Of a DNA stretch of 64,000 bases, positions 32,084 through 43,255 are shown piece by piece. The stretch lies in assembly GCA_022897995.1 (NCBI GenBank), contig GCA_022897995.1_4763.1. One strand, given 5' to 3'. Source of the stretch: a phage. The position numbers and the translations under genes were made by a program. A model generated the notes under the pieces. The model saw nothing but the letters and a program-made list of their open reading frames with translations, searched no databases and was not told where the DNA came from. Within the stretch, counting starts at the first letter, position 1. Each line of letters opens with the position of its first letter.

Positions 32084-35000
32084 TAATTTTCCTCTGTGTC
32101 GGATTCTTCGGATCTCGTGGATTTCCTATATTATCCTTCAACCGTTTATCCACGAGTTCACGGAACATAGAGAACGTTACCGCTGATTGGTCAAACAATG
32201 GACTCATATCAAACCGACGTTCGCTTGCTTTCAGACCGTGGAATAGTTCGCTATTTTCCTGATCGTAATCAGGCGGTACAGGGAACTCTTCGCCAATTGT
32301 CGGTGACGTTAAGTATAATGGTTTCCCTGTTAGCGGGTCAATCTTAATATTTCCATCAACATCAAGGTCAGCAACACGATCAGGATACACTCTAGGTAAT
32401 CCGCTGTCAAACTTATAGTTTTTAAGAGTTCTGATTATAGTTTCTACGTGTCTCATACTTAACCCGCTATTAATAAACATTGTAAGAAGAGTAACACCTA
32501 TGAAACCAAAACCTACAGGATGAACAAATCTCATAACGTCATTTGCATATCTGGAAGTAGGTAAAGCACTCTTAATCTTCATGGTGTATTGGCTGCGTGA
32601 GCGGTTGATATAGTCGATTGAACTACTTAACAACTCTTTACCACGTACACCAACAAGGATCATCCCCTCGAATGCAGTTTTCTCTGACTTGATCAATTGA
32701 CCTTCTTCGAACCTTCCGATCAGGTTATGAATGGTTATTCGCCAGCGTAGGCGACCTCCTTCATATTCCCTTTCAAGATACGTCACGTTAGCCCGTCCGG
32801 TTGGAGTATAGATCGTGCGTCCTACGATATCCTCATCAATATTCGTTGAACTAACTACAATATCATACTCTAGTCCGGCTTGTGATTCAACCTCAATTTC
32901 TACATCTTCGTTATACAGTAACTTAAACAGGAACTTATAAGAAGCCTCCACACCCTTAGTGGAATAAAAATCTGATTTACGGGATTCAAAGAATCTTATT
33001 ACCGCATCTCGCTTGTTTTTGTCTGCATAGATATTTCGTTTGTTCATCTCTGACCAAAGATACTCATATGCATCTTGTTCTCGTGGATATTTGTTTTTAA
33101 TCAGATTTTTTAGTTTGTTATAGTATGTTCCTGAACCATCACTTAAGAATTGCAGATAATATTCAGAAAATTTTCTGAAATTTTCATTCTCCAGCAAGAA
33201 ACTGTCTGGTGTCATCTTATTCAATAAAGGCCGTAAATCTGGATCTTGTTCTCTGTCATAGTGAACTGGAACCCAGGGCACTTCACGAACCTGATTCTGT
33301 AATTCTGCAACAAGTGCTACATTTGTAGGCTTCCAATATACACCGACCTGATCGCGAACACGATAATTAAATTGATAAAATCCTATGATCTCCCCTGTGT
33401 TTTTATGGAACATCACACCAGATGCATATTGTTTGAATCCTTCAAATTTAACGTTGTTCAGATAACAGGTTACGGTCCCTTTATCATATACTTCACGGTT
33501 AATTCTGTTTTTATCAAGAATGCCGGAAGTATCAACTTCCTGAGTATAGACAACTTCTGGATAAACAACCAACGGGCGATTATCGTTTGTGATCCATACA
33601 CGAACACCGTTTCGACGCATCCATGTATAATCAGCCTCATTATAATACGCTTGCGATCCTAATTCCCAAATACGCAAATCATCATAACTTGCTCTGAAAG
33701 TAGTTTGATGTATTTTCTTATCAGTTAGATAAGTTGGCTCCTGAGAATATTTTACAGCTTCGCTTAATTCATATTTCGCGGCAGTTTCTGGATCAGGTAA
33801 AATGCTTTCGAAATGATGATTATAATGGCTTATGAATGCCTCATCACCATTGGTTGACATATTACTGAACCCATGCTGAATATATTCCCTTTCCTGCGGA
33901 GTGTTGCCAAATACTCGCTGAAAAGATAATCCATCGCTTTCAATCAAGTATACCCCCGCATCTTCTGACGGGACAACGTTTCCAGGTTTAGTCGGATCTT
34001 GATAACGCTGTTTAACTTCACCCGTAACAAATACAAGTAATTTTCCGTCAACAACATCCATTTTCTGAATAACAGCTTTGTCATTTCCTGTTACTCGGAT
34101 AATGTCAGGGTCAAATATCTTTTCCCCAAATGTAGGCGAACCCTGAACGGTATCAACCGGAGTATTCTTAAGGCGAATCCGGCGAATAACATCCTTAGCA
34201 CCAACCCACAAATAGTCATCACTACACGCCATAGCTTCGGCGTATTTTGTAGTGTCTCCTGTCAGTCTAGCAAGTACACCAAATACTTCAACATCAAACC
34301 CTAAATCGTTTTCGTCACCAACTTTTGCGAATGTGATAGTATCATCACTAAAGCGAACATCGTCCGCGCTCCATCGGGTATCGCTGGCTTGTCGTCCGTA
34401 AAAGATACGGTCATATCCTAAAACGTAAGTAGTAGTCTTAGACTGATAAACGCATGTACGGGAAACCGGATTGCCTACACGGTCGTTAAACGCTTTATAT
34501 GCTTTCCATGATTGACCTTTATCGTTAGACACCTTCACAATTGGCTGGAATCGCTCAAAAAGATATAGCACACCGTTCATTTCCGCTAACATGGTGCGGT
34601 TTATGTCAGTACAGACTTTTTCTATATGATCTTGGATCTCGTGAAAGTTTTCATCAACAATAATTTTGTTAGAAATATTTGTGATGTTTGCATATTCAGG
34701 ACTGAAAACAAAATCTTCCTGCATCAATGATGCTTGAATTAAATCAGTATTGAATTTAATATAATCACGATTATCATATGTAAACTTTTGCTTAACAAAT
34801 TCATTCGCCAGATTAAATTCTCGCATCGTTGAGAAGTTATAAGCATTGGTCTTGAATGTCTGAAACTCTTCGGTCTCAATCCATTTACTTTGTTCAAACC
34901 CTTCTGCGGCTACTGCTACACGAAATTTGTAATAATATTCTGGAAAAAGGTTTTTGTCCTCAAACCAGTTTTGGTCGGCAGTATATCCCAGGTTTACCCA

Positions 35001-35162
35001 GCTTAACTCATCGACGGGGATGATCTCCCCGTCTCGTGTTCTGGTTTCGGCTAACTCCACAAAATAAAAGAAGTTTTCGCCTACGTCATCCCATGTGATA
35101 TACGCCTGATTAGCAGACAATTTTTCTATTGTCAAGCTAGTTACACTAGGCGCTTTAATCAT
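32076..35162 (-). CDS. 7: baseplate wedge initiator gp7
   Basis: 1028 aa (T4 gp7 ~1032 aa); synteny 6-7-8. Confidence 0.85.
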   Translation of the reverse strand: MIKAPSVTSLTIEKLSANQAYITWDDVGENFFYFVELAETRTRDGEIIPVDELSWVNLGYTADQNWFEDKNLFPEYYYKFRVAVAAEGFEQSKWIETEEFQTFKTNAYNFSTMREFNLANEFVKQKFTYDNRDYIKFNTDLIQASLMQEDFVFSPEYANITNISNKIIVDENFHEIQDHIEKVCTDINRTMLAEMNGVLYLFERFQPIVKVSNDKGQSWKAYKAFNDRVGNPVSRTCVYQSKTTTYVLGYDRIFYGRQASDTRWSADDVRFSDDTITFAKVGDENDLGFDVEVFGVLARLTGDTTKYAEAMACSDDYLWVGAKDVIRRIRLKNTPVDTVQGSPTFGEKIFDPDIIRVTGNDKAVIQKMDVVDGKLLVFVTGEVKQRYQDPTKPGNVVPSEDAGVYLIESDGLSFQRVFGNTPQEREYIQHGFSNMSTNGDEAFISHYNHHFESILPDPETAAKYELSEAVKYSQEPTYLTDKKIHQTTFRASYDDLRIWELGSQAYYNEADYTWMRRNGVRVWITNDNRPLVVYPEVVYTQEVDTSGILDKNRINREVYDKGTVTCYLNNVKFEGFKQYASGVMFHKNTGEIIGFYQFNYRVRDQVGVYWKPTNVALVAELQNQVREVPWVPVHYDREQDPDLRPLLNKMTPDSFLLENENFRKFSEYYLQFLSDGSGTYYNKLKNLIKNKYPREQDAYEYLWSEMNKRNIYADKNKRDAVIRFFESRKSDFYSTKGVEASYKFLFKLLYNEDVEIEVESQAGLEYDIVVSSTNIDEDIVGRTIYTPTGRANVTYLEREYEGGRLRWRITIHNLIGRFEEGQLIKSEKTAFEGMILVGVRGKELLSSSIDYINRSRSQYTMKIKSALPTSRYANDVMRFVHPVGFGFIGVTLLTMFINSGLSMRHVETIIRTLKNYKFDSGLPRVYPDRVADLDVDGNIKIDPLTGKPLYLTSPTIGEEFPVPPDYDQENSELFHGLKASERRFDMSPLFDQSAVTFSMFRELVDKRLKDNIGNPRDPKNPTQRKING

Positions 35163-37063
35163 TGAGCAATTGCCTCCAGACTAATAGTTGTGTACTGAGG
35201 ACGGAGATCGTTTTCAAACACGATCAAAGAACCGTCTTTAGTAAAAATGTTATCAGCAATCGGTTTAGCTGTCAACTCAATATATGAACCAGTAAAGCGA
35301 TCGCTATTGATATTCAGTTTACCCAGATCCCATGAAATAAGGTCTTCATAATGCTGAACCTCTCCAACCTCAAAGTATAGGTCCGCACCGTCGATAACCT
35401 CTTTATCAAAATCAGTACCGGAATAATGCGGTAAAGCGATTGTAGAACCAACGGGGAAAGGTCCAACCAGCAATTTAGCTAAACCGGATTCTTTGTTCAT
35501 TTCTGTACTTACATAATGGATCGGGTATTGTTTACCGTCCTTTTCGAAGTTGAACGAACTAGACTTGATTCCGCTCTTATACTGGTTTAAAAACTTGATT
35601 CCAGCCATCGGTGCTTTATAGAAGTTGTCGATCTCTCGCACCATCTCGATTTCTGCACTAGAACCTATCACAGACACGTCAGCTTTGTCAATACGCGCAA
35701 GCATTTTAGACTTACTAAAGGTCTGGTTAAAAATTTCCACTTCGTCGGTATAATATGCATCAATCTGATCAATAACCGCACCGCGCAGCCACTGCTCTGA
35801 TTCTGATAAGTCATTGATTGAATAGGAAACTTTAATATTCTGTTTAATATACAGATAGTTAGGGTCAATGATGCTCGGTGTGATAGGGGCAAGATTATAT
35901 TTTGCCAGATAATCCCGCATATCTTCTTTTTGAACAGTTGTCAAGCGCAAGCCAGATTTAGGCTTAACAGCAACAAAAGCATAACCTGGTTTTTCTCGAT
36001 CGGTGAAACATTGTACCGCCTGAACAATACTACCAAATCGGCTGGAAACAAAAGCCTCATAGTCGGAAGCAGTTACACAACGACGCTGAGATTCACGCAT
36101 TACCGGAGCAAGTTCACGAATACGTTCGATTGATTCAGGATCACCGCCACCATCTGCGCCGACATAATCACGATCATTTGTCGGATTCTCAATAATTTTA
36201 ACAATAGAGATAGATGCAAGGGTATCCGCGTATGTGAAATTGACAGATCCGTTAGCTTCCGCGCCTTTAGTGCTGATATATTCGATAACAATATTTGCGC
36301 CCGTTGATGGTTTAAGACCACCAATATAATTTGCTTCCAGTGCACCGCCAGCAGCCGATAAAGTTGATTCACCTTCGCCAAAGAAAATTTCTGTATGTCC
36401 GTCTACGGTTTCGCGCATATAGAAAATATTACTAGCGCCAGTTGCATTAACAATACTTTCTCGTGTCCAGTCTTTCCATTCAGCACCATCTACCCACAAC
36501 TTAACCTGAGCGCGGTCAATATCTGGATCGCGGATCAGAATTTGTTTCTTCGGATCAAATAACATTTCTGTACGAACAATACGACCTTGTGCGACTTTAA
36601 GCATAGGCGTATATAAACCATTTGAACCTAAAACGCTCACAACGTCTTCTGTAGTGACAAATGGGTAAGAAGTCTGGCGATCCACACTTGCAATAAATTT
36701 AGTTCCTCGTGGGATTCGAATACTTGCCGGATTTCGTGGATGTGATACATGCAACATAATTGTAGTCGATGCACTAGTTTTACTTGCTGGCAAATATCCT
36801 AAATCTTGCGCGGCTTGAACAACTGAACTACGCTTAATTGCCGTTCTGATAAAAGATTCATATAGCGCGGCGTTAGCGAATTGCTGAATATAAAGGGTAT
36901 TATATGCGAGCAAGTCCATCAATACGTTAATACCAGCACCATTAAAATCAAAATCTTTAAATTCTTCCTGGTTTCTCATCCAGTCTGTTAATGCGCTTTT
37001 AATTTCATCGAATGTAGCAGCATTAAAAATATCAGGAATTTGTGTAATCTTTTGCTTTGTCAT
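35159..37063 (-). CDS. 6: baseplate wedge subunit gp6
   Basis: 634 aa; synteny 5.4-6-7. Confidence 0.85.
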   Translation of the reverse strand: MTKQKITQIPDIFNAATFDEIKSALTDWMRNQEEFKDFDFNGAGINVLMDLLAYNTLYIQQFANAALYESFIRTAIKRSSVVQAAQDLGYLPASKTSASTTIMLHVSHPRNPASIRIPRGTKFIASVDRQTSYPFVTTEDVVSVLGSNGLYTPMLKVAQGRIVRTEMLFDPKKQILIRDPDIDRAQVKLWVDGAEWKDWTRESIVNATGASNIFYMRETVDGHTEIFFGEGESTLSAAGGALEANYIGGLKPSTGANIVIEYISTKGAEANGSVNFTYADTLASISIVKIIENPTNDRDYVGADGGGDPESIERIRELAPVMRESQRRCVTASDYEAFVSSRFGSIVQAVQCFTDREKPGYAFVAVKPKSGLRLTTVQKEDMRDYLAKYNLAPITPSIIDPNYLYIKQNIKVSYSINDLSESEQWLRGAVIDQIDAYYTDEVEIFNQTFSKSKMLARIDKADVSVIGSSAEIEMVREIDNFYKAPMAGIKFLNQYKSGIKSSSFNFEKDGKQYPIHYVSTEMNKESGLAKLLVGPFPVGSTIALPHYSGTDFDKEVIDGADLYFEVGEVQHYEDLISWDLGKLNINSDRFTGSYIELTAKPIADNIFTKDGSLIVFENDLRPQYTTISLEAIAQ

Positions 37064-37353
37064 TTTATGAATACCTTCGGTGATGCCATAGCGACGGTAT
37101 CGCCACAGCTAATACGATCTGCCATTTGAATTGCTTTCTTTCCGGTAACAAATACTTTCGGGGTACTGGCGACCGTAGTTCCCCCGTGTGTATCATAAGG
37201 CTTTGTTGTTTTTGTGTGTGGTGTAATTGGGTCTCCTTCGACTAATACAGGGATACCCTCAACAAATACCTTAGATTGAGTTGCATTAATTACCGTAGGT
37301 GGGTAGTTTCCGTGCCCTGTAGTTTTAGCTTTATCGTAGGATAATCCAGCCAT
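37060..37353 (-). CDS. 5.4: PAAR-repeat spike tip protein gp5.4
   Basis: 97 aa, same length as T4 gp5.4; PAAR-like beta-rich sequence; directly upstream of gene 6. Confidence 0.75.
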   Translation of the reverse strand: MAGLSYDKAKTTGHGNYPPTVINATQSKVFVEGIPVLVEGDPITPHTKTTKPYDTHGGTTVASTPKVFVTGKKAIQMADRISCGDTVAMASPKVFIK

Positions 37354-37919
37354 TAAACACCCCTATGTACATAATCTCTTAGTTGCTGCGCCCACACATC
37401 CCAATTTCCAAAAACGGTTTGAGTATAAACTTTCTCTATTGTGTGTTCGGTTACTACCGGAGGCGGATTAGTTTCACCAGCACCCTCTCGGCTATTGGAA
37501 CCACCACTATTTCCTTCACCGGAACCACCAGAAGACTCTGAAACAGATTGGATATAGGTTAGGGTTACTTTATAAGTATAAACCTCCTGTAGACGTGTAG
37601 GAGCGTTAAAATAATATAGATCTGCGGTAGTTGGATCTGGTAAATCATCAAAACTTCCGGCAGATTTTTTAATTCTATCTTTCGTTATATATTTAAGAGA
37701 ATCCGCGCCAAGCGAAAAACTATCCCGATACTCACCAGATATTTTAGTTTCTTCAACGGTAACGCCCTTATTAGGGCGATACTCGCTGATCTTAAACTCT
37801 TTAATCGTGTATGTGATGTTTGCATCAGGTGGCGTTGCTTTATAAGAGAACACCACCTCAAAGAGTTCTCGCTCGCTGATATCCTCCAATTTTGAACTCA
37901 TCGGAAGAATTTCAACCAT
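37353..37919 (-). CDS. conserved protein in the gene 5.1 position (baseplate region)
   Basis: 188 aa; between gene 5 and gene 5.4; Gly/Ser-rich stretch [16 protein letters not shown]. Confidence 0.5.
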   Translation of the reverse strand: MVEILPMSSKLEDISERELFEVVFSYKATPPDANITYTIKEFKISEYRPNKGVTVEETKISGEYRDSFSLGADSLKYITKDRIKKSAGSFDDLPDPTTADLYYFNAPTRLQEVYTYKVTLTYIQSVSESSGGSGEGNSGGSNSREGAGETNPPPVVTEHTIEKVYTQTVFGNWDVWAQQLRDYVHRGV

Positions 37920-37927
37920 TAGTTACC

Positions 37928-39727
37928 TCACCCAAGATCAATACGGCTACCATCAATTTTAACTGTACCCGATGCGATATCTTTAACGCTTGCGCCACAA
38001 TTACGGGACCAGTCACCATTAACCTGATCTGATTTAGTGCCATTGACGGTCATATTAAAATTACCCTCAACGGTTAAATCATAGTTACCTTTAATTGTCT
38101 CGGTAGTGTTACCCTCGATCATTAATTCAGCATTACCCTTGACGTTAGCCGTCAAATTAGCGTCAAGCTGTGCGATAACATCACCGACAACATGCATATT
38201 TGCAGTACCCTCAACGGTCTGATTAACATTACCACGAACAAATTCAGTAACGTTTCCATCAACGGTTTGCATTACATTACCCATATAATAAACTTGCGCG
38301 TCACCTTCAACAACAACTTGCAGATTTCCTTTAACGTTGACTTTGCGGCCTTGCTTAACGATCAAATAGTCATCACCTTCAATCTTTTCTACCCTCGTTC
38401 CGTCCGGTCTGGTTTCTTCAAATGTACCAGAAGGATGTTTGCGGTGATAACGTTCGTGAGAAGGAGTATCATCAATCTCGATAATATGACCGCTCTCTGA
38501 CTCGTACACATGGTTATAAGGATACCTTGCAGAATACGAACTCTTAGGCTCTTTAAACATGATTCGTGTGTCTTGTGGGGTAAATGGTGCTTCTGGGTCT
38601 TCTTCTGCTCTCTGCGTCTTATAGGCAGCAATACGGGCATTTCTCAAACGTGCTCGCGGATCATCAGAAATTGATTCCTCTTTCTTTGGAGCAATTACGC
38701 CATATGATTCTAAGTTACCAGTTAAAATAATTTTAGATACACGGCTTGAACGTCCTGGAGTTTGGTTAGCCCATACCGATTGACGTAATCCATCATAGGC
38801 TTGTTTCCATTCTTCCGCTAACATCGCAGCAAGACTATTCTTAAATTTACCCAATCCACCAACACCCATTTGAAACGCCATATTTTCTAATGCCATACGA
38901 CGAGAAGCATTACACTTATTATAGACAGGTGCAATTCGTGGATGTTTGCGCATATCACGACGAGTCTTTTCTATATCGTCAGCAAATACTTTACTAACTT
39001 CTTCGGCTGTAAGTCTTCCGTTTGTAACTTCACGCCCTACCAGCTTAGAAAGTTCATTATTGATAATACCCAGATCACTGGTTTTCTTATAAATGATCAA
39101 ATGCCCGATGCCTATTGTCGGATATCCTTCTGAATCAAGATACCATTTCTCGCGATATCCCTCATCGCCCCGCAGCATTTTTTCTATTGTGTATTCTGGG
39201 TTATCGTCAACCGGAATTTGGTCTAATGGCTCGTCGTCTGGATTTACTGCAAATCCAGTGTTTTCATCTCGAATATAGACACTATCAGGTTTTGTTGTTT
39301 GTCCGGTTTCTGGGTTAATACCGCCACGAGCAAGAATATTAACATCATTACCAATATAACGAGGATATGCACCAGAAGGGTCGCAAAAACCTTCTGTAGT
39401 GAGTGGTTTCTCTGTATATTGTCCGGCAATAGTACCCAGAATAACGCAGTTTAAATAACGTTCATCTAAAGCCAAACCAAATACCATTGAACCTTCAACA
39501 ATACCAGTAGGACTTTGACCTATACCGGAGATCGCCGCGCTTGTAATATCTTGTACTGGCGTAATCCATAATAGATCTTCGGTTGGAAGACCTTGAATGT
39601 CACCGTGTGCGGATAGCGAAGGATGTATACCATGAATCCTAACCTGAACACGCCCCAGCATTAACGGGTCTTCCCTGTTTTCTACAATTCCGGTAAACCA
39701 TTTAACGGAGTTATTAAACATTAGCAT
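37928..39727 (-). CDS. 5: baseplate hub subunit and tail lysozyme gp5 (cell-puncturing device)
   Basis: 599 aa; lysozyme-domain motif ..SEGYPTIGIGHLI..; C-terminal beta-helix repeats (VNVKGNLQVVVEGDAQV..). Confidence 0.9.
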   Translation of the reverse strand: MLMFNNSVKWFTGIVENREDPLMLGRVQVRIHGIHPSLSAHGDIQGLPTEDLLWITPVQDITSAAISGIGQSPTGIVEGSMVFGLALDERYLNCVILGTIAGQYTEKPLTTEGFCDPSGAYPRYIGNDVNILARGGINPETGQTTKPDSVYIRDENTGFAVNPDDEPLDQIPVDDNPEYTIEKMLRGDEGYREKWYLDSEGYPTIGIGHLIIYKKTSDLGIINNELSKLVGREVTNGRLTAEEVSKVFADDIEKTRRDMRKHPRIAPVYNKCNASRRMALENMAFQMGVGGLGKFKNSLAAMLAEEWKQAYDGLRQSVWANQTPGRSSRVSKIILTGNLESYGVIAPKKEESISDDPRARLRNARIAAYKTQRAEEDPEAPFTPQDTRIMFKEPKSSYSARYPYNHVYESESGHIIEIDDTPSHERYHRKHPSGTFEETRPDGTRVEKIEGDDYLIVKQGRKVNVKGNLQVVVEGDAQVYYMGNVMQTVDGNVTEFVRGNVNQTVEGTANMHVVGDVIAQLDANLTANVKGNAELMIEGNTTETIKGNYDLTVEGNFNMTVNGTKSDQVNGDWSRNCGASVKDIASGTVKIDGSRIDLG

Positions 39728-39738
39728 AATTAATCACC

Positions 39739-40293
39739 TTACACATCAGCCTTTTCCATTTCTCGAATGAATGCGTTAATAAATTGTTTAATTTGTGTAG
39801 GATCTATGATCTTGATCTTGCGTCGTTCCTCATTGCGGAGAATCGCATCTTCCAGTGTGTCTACTGCCGATAATGCACCATGAAACTGCAAATGACGATG
39901 ATGAATATCTCCTTTATCATACCAATTGCTTGATCCTTTCGGATATTCGGCAAGATTCCAATACTTGTTTCCGTCAATATCAACGTGGTATAATACTTGA
40001 TTTCCTCCTACATTTGCATATCGCTGTTCGGCTGATTCATATGCTGTCTCTTGATCGGTGATCCAGTCATGGAATGGATCGTATACGTCATTAAGCATCA
40101 GCAAGATCCAGTAAAGTTGTTGGTTTCCGTATACTTCATATGCAACTTGTTCCGGTCGTGGACTACCTTGAATATAATATGTTTGTATGTTATAATCAGA
40201 AATTATTGCGTTGAAATATGCGCGGTAATTGCGCACAATGTCAGTAATCATCTTGCCGTTGTATTCAATGGCAGGGAAGAAAGAAAAGAGCAT
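39739..40293 (-). CDS. 53: baseplate wedge subunit gp53
   Basis: 184 aa; ..YYIQGSPRPEQVAYEVYGNQQLYWILLMLND.. matches T4 gp53; GAGGA RBS. Confidence 0.85.
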   Translation of the reverse strand: MLFSFFPAIEYNGKMITDIVRNYRAYFNAIISDYNIQTYYIQGSPRPEQVAYEVYGNQQLYWILLMLNDVYDPFHDWITDQETAYESAEQRYANVGGNQVLYHVDIDGNKYWNLAEYPKGSSNWYDKGDIHHRHLQFHGALSAVDTLEDAILRNEERRKIKIIDPTQIKQFINAFIREMEKADV

Positions 40294-40325
40294 TTTAGCA
40301 TCCTCGATTGATAAATAGTATTATG

Positions 40326-40333
40326 TATTTATA
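40326..40333 (-). promoter_or_regulatory. T4-type late promoter (TATAAATA) for gene 53
   Basis: Plus-strand TATTTATA 40326-40333, 33 nt upstream of ATG 40293. Confidence 0.55.
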
Positions 40334-40348
40334 ATAAAGGGTGCTAAA

Positions 40349-40822
40349 ATGGGAGGATCTAACACTTATAAGGGCAAATATGTTCCTGAGAATAAGGAAA
40401 AGTATAAAGGGGATATACGGAAAATCACATACCGTTCAAGCTGGGAATTGCATGTTTTTAAATGGTGTGACCGTAATCCTCATGTGGTTAAATGGGGATC
40501 TGAGACCGTTGTAATTCCTTACAATTCATCAACAGACGGTAAGCGTCACAGATATTTTGTTGATGTTTATGTTAAGTTTGATGATGGAAAAGAGCATTTA
40601 TGGGAAATTAAGCCAGCCAAAGAGACTAGACCACCAGAAAAGCCAAAGCGATTAACGACTAAAACAAAGCAGCGTTATATGATGGAGGCTTGGACGTGGA
40701 CGAAAAATACCGAAAAGTGGGCAGCGGCAGTAGCATTGTGTAAAAAACATAATATGGAATTTAAAATCATAACCGAACACACATTAAAAAAGGTGTTCGG
40801 TTTTAAAGGTTTAAATAAGTGA
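40349..40822 (+). CDS. 4: putative head completion protein gp4
   Basis: 157 aa; T4 position between 53 and 2; RBS AAAGGGTG; assignment by synteny and size. Confidence 0.55.
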   Translation: MGGSNTYKGKYVPENKEKYKGDIRKITYRSSWELHVFKWCDRNPHVVKWGSETVVIPYNSSTDGKRHRYFVDVYVKFDDGKEHLWEIKPAKETRPPEKPKRLTTKTKQRYMMEAWTWTKNTEKWAAAVALCKKHNMEFKIITEHTLKKVFGFKGLNK

Positions 40823-41833
40823 GTTCTTAAAGTCTTTTACTATAGTTTGATAGCATTGGTCGGGATACCCATTCTCGACCGCTATTTTTCTTGTTTTTCT
40901 ATCGCTAGGCATACCATTTTCTTTCCACAGCTTATATATTTCGTCATAATATACCCAGACACCAGAATTTTTTCTGGGATTTAATTTTATTATGTCGTTT
41001 CCATTCTCCTTTATGTACTTATTTTTCATTTCTTTAACGATGTAATCATATGACCTATCTGGGTATCCACGTTTAATGGCCTCGCGCTTGAATACATATT
41101 GACCCGGCATATTCAGATCAATCCATAATGCATATAACTCATCAAATTTTCCCCATGTTTCTTTCGGTTTTTGTGAATCTGAAAGTAGTTTGGCGATTCT
41201 TTGTTTTTCTTCGTCTGACTTTGAGTTTATAGTTTGTAGAAGCCTTTCTCTTCGTAATTTAAGTTTTTCCTCTGATCTATTACTTAACGCCTTTGATATT
41301 TTCTTGCCACGTTCTTTATACTTTCTTTCTCGTTCTTCATCGCTCAAGTTTCTAAAATGTTCTTTAACGGAATCAGTTCTTTTCTTATGGCGACGTTTTA
41401 ATTCTTCTTCATCAAGAGAAGCCATGAAACGTTTTTGTGATTCCGACATTTTCAGTCTAGATTCTTCCGTGTATACATGTTTTCGCTTTGCCTCTTCTGA
41501 TATACCAGCAAGTTTCAACACAATATCTTCTGGCAATTCCTTCATAATATCAATTCGGGTATTAAACATCATAACAACAGACTTCCAAATGGAATTTGTT
41601 GCTTTACTGAAATAGTAGTGTGCCATCATATGACGAACGGTGTTCAAGTGAACAGCATTAAAATCATGAATTTTAAGGTCTTCATATTCCTTCCAAATTG
41701 ATTTTGGTAGAATATGATGCCTCTCTAATTCCCCATCCTTATCTGGGTTTGCACAAATTTCTAGATACTTTTCTAAATACTTGATATCTGCATTCGGAAA
41801 CTGCATCAAAATTTTGTTCTTAATATCTTGCAT
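40811..41833 (-). CDS. free-standing HNH homing endonuclease (Mob-like)
   Basis: 340 aa; HNH motif ERHHILPKS..NAVHLNTVRHMMAH; repeated C-terminal DNA-binding-like modules (RGYPDRSYDYIVKEMKN / NGYPDQCYQTIVKDFKN); AGGAGG RBS; opposite strand between genes 4 and 2. Confidence 0.8.
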   Translation of the reverse strand: MQDIKNKILMQFPNADIKYLEKYLEICANPDKDGELERHHILPKSIWKEYEDLKIHDFNAVHLNTVRHMMAHYYFSKATNSIWKSVVMMFNTRIDIMKELPEDIVLKLAGISEEAKRKHVYTEESRLKMSESQKRFMASLDEEELKRRHKKRTDSVKEHFRNLSDEERERKYKERGKKISKALSNRSEEKLKLRRERLLQTINSKSDEEKQRIAKLLSDSQKPKETWGKFDELYALWIDLNMPGQYVFKREAIKRGYPDRSYDYIVKEMKNKYIKENGNDIIKLNPRKNSGVWVYYDEIYKLWKENGMPSDRKTRKIAVENGYPDQCYQTIVKDFKNSLI

Positions 41834-41959
41834 CTAAGGTTCCTCCTATGTTATAATGATATTTATCAACAAGTATCGCTGTTTATTTTCGTCTGCATTT
41901 TAGCAATAGCAAAGAGGATTGTCAAGTGTGTAACATACATAAACATAGAGGATAATATT

Positions 41960-42781
41960 ATGAGCGTATTTGAAATAATCACAGAAGACGAAAAGCCGTC
42001 TCCCCAAAAACGAAAGTCTAAACAGTGGGTTGAATTGGGTGTAGAATTTGCAAAAGCAAAAGCCAAAGGCATGACAGCTAAAGCATTTGCAGATTCTAAG
42101 GGAATAGCCTATGCGACTTTCACTAAAAGTATGTCTCGTTATGCCAGCGAAATTAAAACAGCAATAGAAGTTGAAAAACTAAAAGGGAAAGGCGCAAAGG
42201 GTCTCAATAAGCAGCAACGCGCAATGATGATGATTAATGATTTTCGTGCGTCTATGCGTGCTGTATCAAAGAGTCGTCCTAAAGAAAAATCACAGGAGTG
42301 GTTTACTAAAACAATAAAAGCGGGAATAAAGGGACACCAGATCGTAAAACCGCAAGTAGGGCGAATCTATACCTTTATGTATGATGCGAAGTATAAAGAC
42401 ACTTTGCCATATTGGGATGTTTTCCCGCTGATCATTTGTCTGGGTGATTCTAAGACAAAGGCGGGTAATACTGTAATGCTTGGTCTTAACTTACACTATG
42501 TAACGCCTAAAGCCCGTCAGCAGTTTCTGGAAGCACTTTTAAAGCAATATGCATCTACTCCAACATTAAGCAATAAAACACGCTTGAAGATTAAATGGAG
42601 CGATGTAAAAGGTATGCGTGGTAGTGATCACATGATCAAAGCATACTTGCCGGGACACATTAAAACAAAACTTGTTGAGATTAGCCCGAAAGACTGGAGC
42701 AATATTATCTATATGCCTACATATCAGTTTATGTCAAAAGGCAAGAAATACGATGCAAGGAAAGTTTGGAAGGATGCATAA
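41960..42781 (+). CDS. 2: DNA end protector protein gp2
   Basis: 273 aa from ATG 41960 after GAGG RBS (ORF track starts at 41828); T4 position and size (~274 aa). Confidence 0.65.
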   Translation: MSVFEIITEDEKPSPQKRKSKQWVELGVEFAKAKAKGMTAKAFADSKGIAYATFTKSMSRYASEIKTAIEVEKLKGKGAKGLNKQQRAMMMINDFRASMRAVSKSRPKEKSQEWFTKTIKAGIKGHQIVKPQVGRIYTFMYDAKYKDTLPYWDVFPLIICLGDSKTKAGNTVMLGLNLHYVTPKARQQFLEALLKQYASTPTLSNKTRLKIKWSDVKGMRGSDHMIKAYLPGHIKTKLVEISPKDWSNIIYMPTYQFMSKGKKYDARKVWKDA

Positions 42782-42784
42782 GAT

Positions 42785-42812
42785 TAAGCCCGTCATTGAC
42801 GGGCTTTTTTAT
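42785..42812 (+). terminator. intrinsic terminator
   Basis: AAGCCCGTC-ATTG-ACGGGCTT hairpin plus T6. Confidence 0.7.
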
Positions 42813-43066
42813 TATAGATCGATAGCATGAGCATAACCATGTAAGAAGTCTTTTAATTCTTCCTTATTGGTAACACGCTGTAAAATCTCTAATGCCTTGT
42901 CGCGATCACGTAATGCACCTGAAAGGGATTTTATTTGGTCATCCCTTTCTGCAATCTGCTTAAGCAGATCTGTATTGCATTTAGACAAATAGAGAACTTC
43001 ACCCCGCAATGTTGCCAATTCGTTGTCCAAACGATCATAGAGTTTTAACAAAATGTCTTCTGTCAT
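42812..43066 (-). CDS. hypothetical coiled-coil protein (84 aa)
   Basis: GAGGA RBS then ATG 43066; opposite strand between genes 2 and 3. Confidence 0.45.
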   Translation of the reverse strand: MTEDILLKLYDRLDNELATLRGEVLYLSKCNTDLLKQIAERDDQIKSLSGALRDRDKALEILQRVTNKEELKDFLHGYAHAIDL

Positions 43067-43136
43067 AAGAAGTCCTCGTATAGTACCCGTTTTATTTATT
43101 ACTGTATAAAAATATAGTTATTGGTTAAAACATAAC

Positions 43137-43179
43137 CAAAACGAAGAAAGATCTTTAGAATAATAAAAATTTGTTTCGG
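43137..43179 (+). repeat. intergenic repeat copy C (AAAACGAAGAAAGATCTTTAGAATAATAAAAATTTGTTTCGG)
   Basis: Matches repeat copies at 3489-3510 and 3641-3681. Confidence 0.6.
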
Positions 43180-43255
43180 TTAAAAAGTAGTCAGTGCCTA
43201 CGGCACGTCGCGAAGCGACAATTGTTAATAAATATTTTCATTTGAGGAATCAGTA

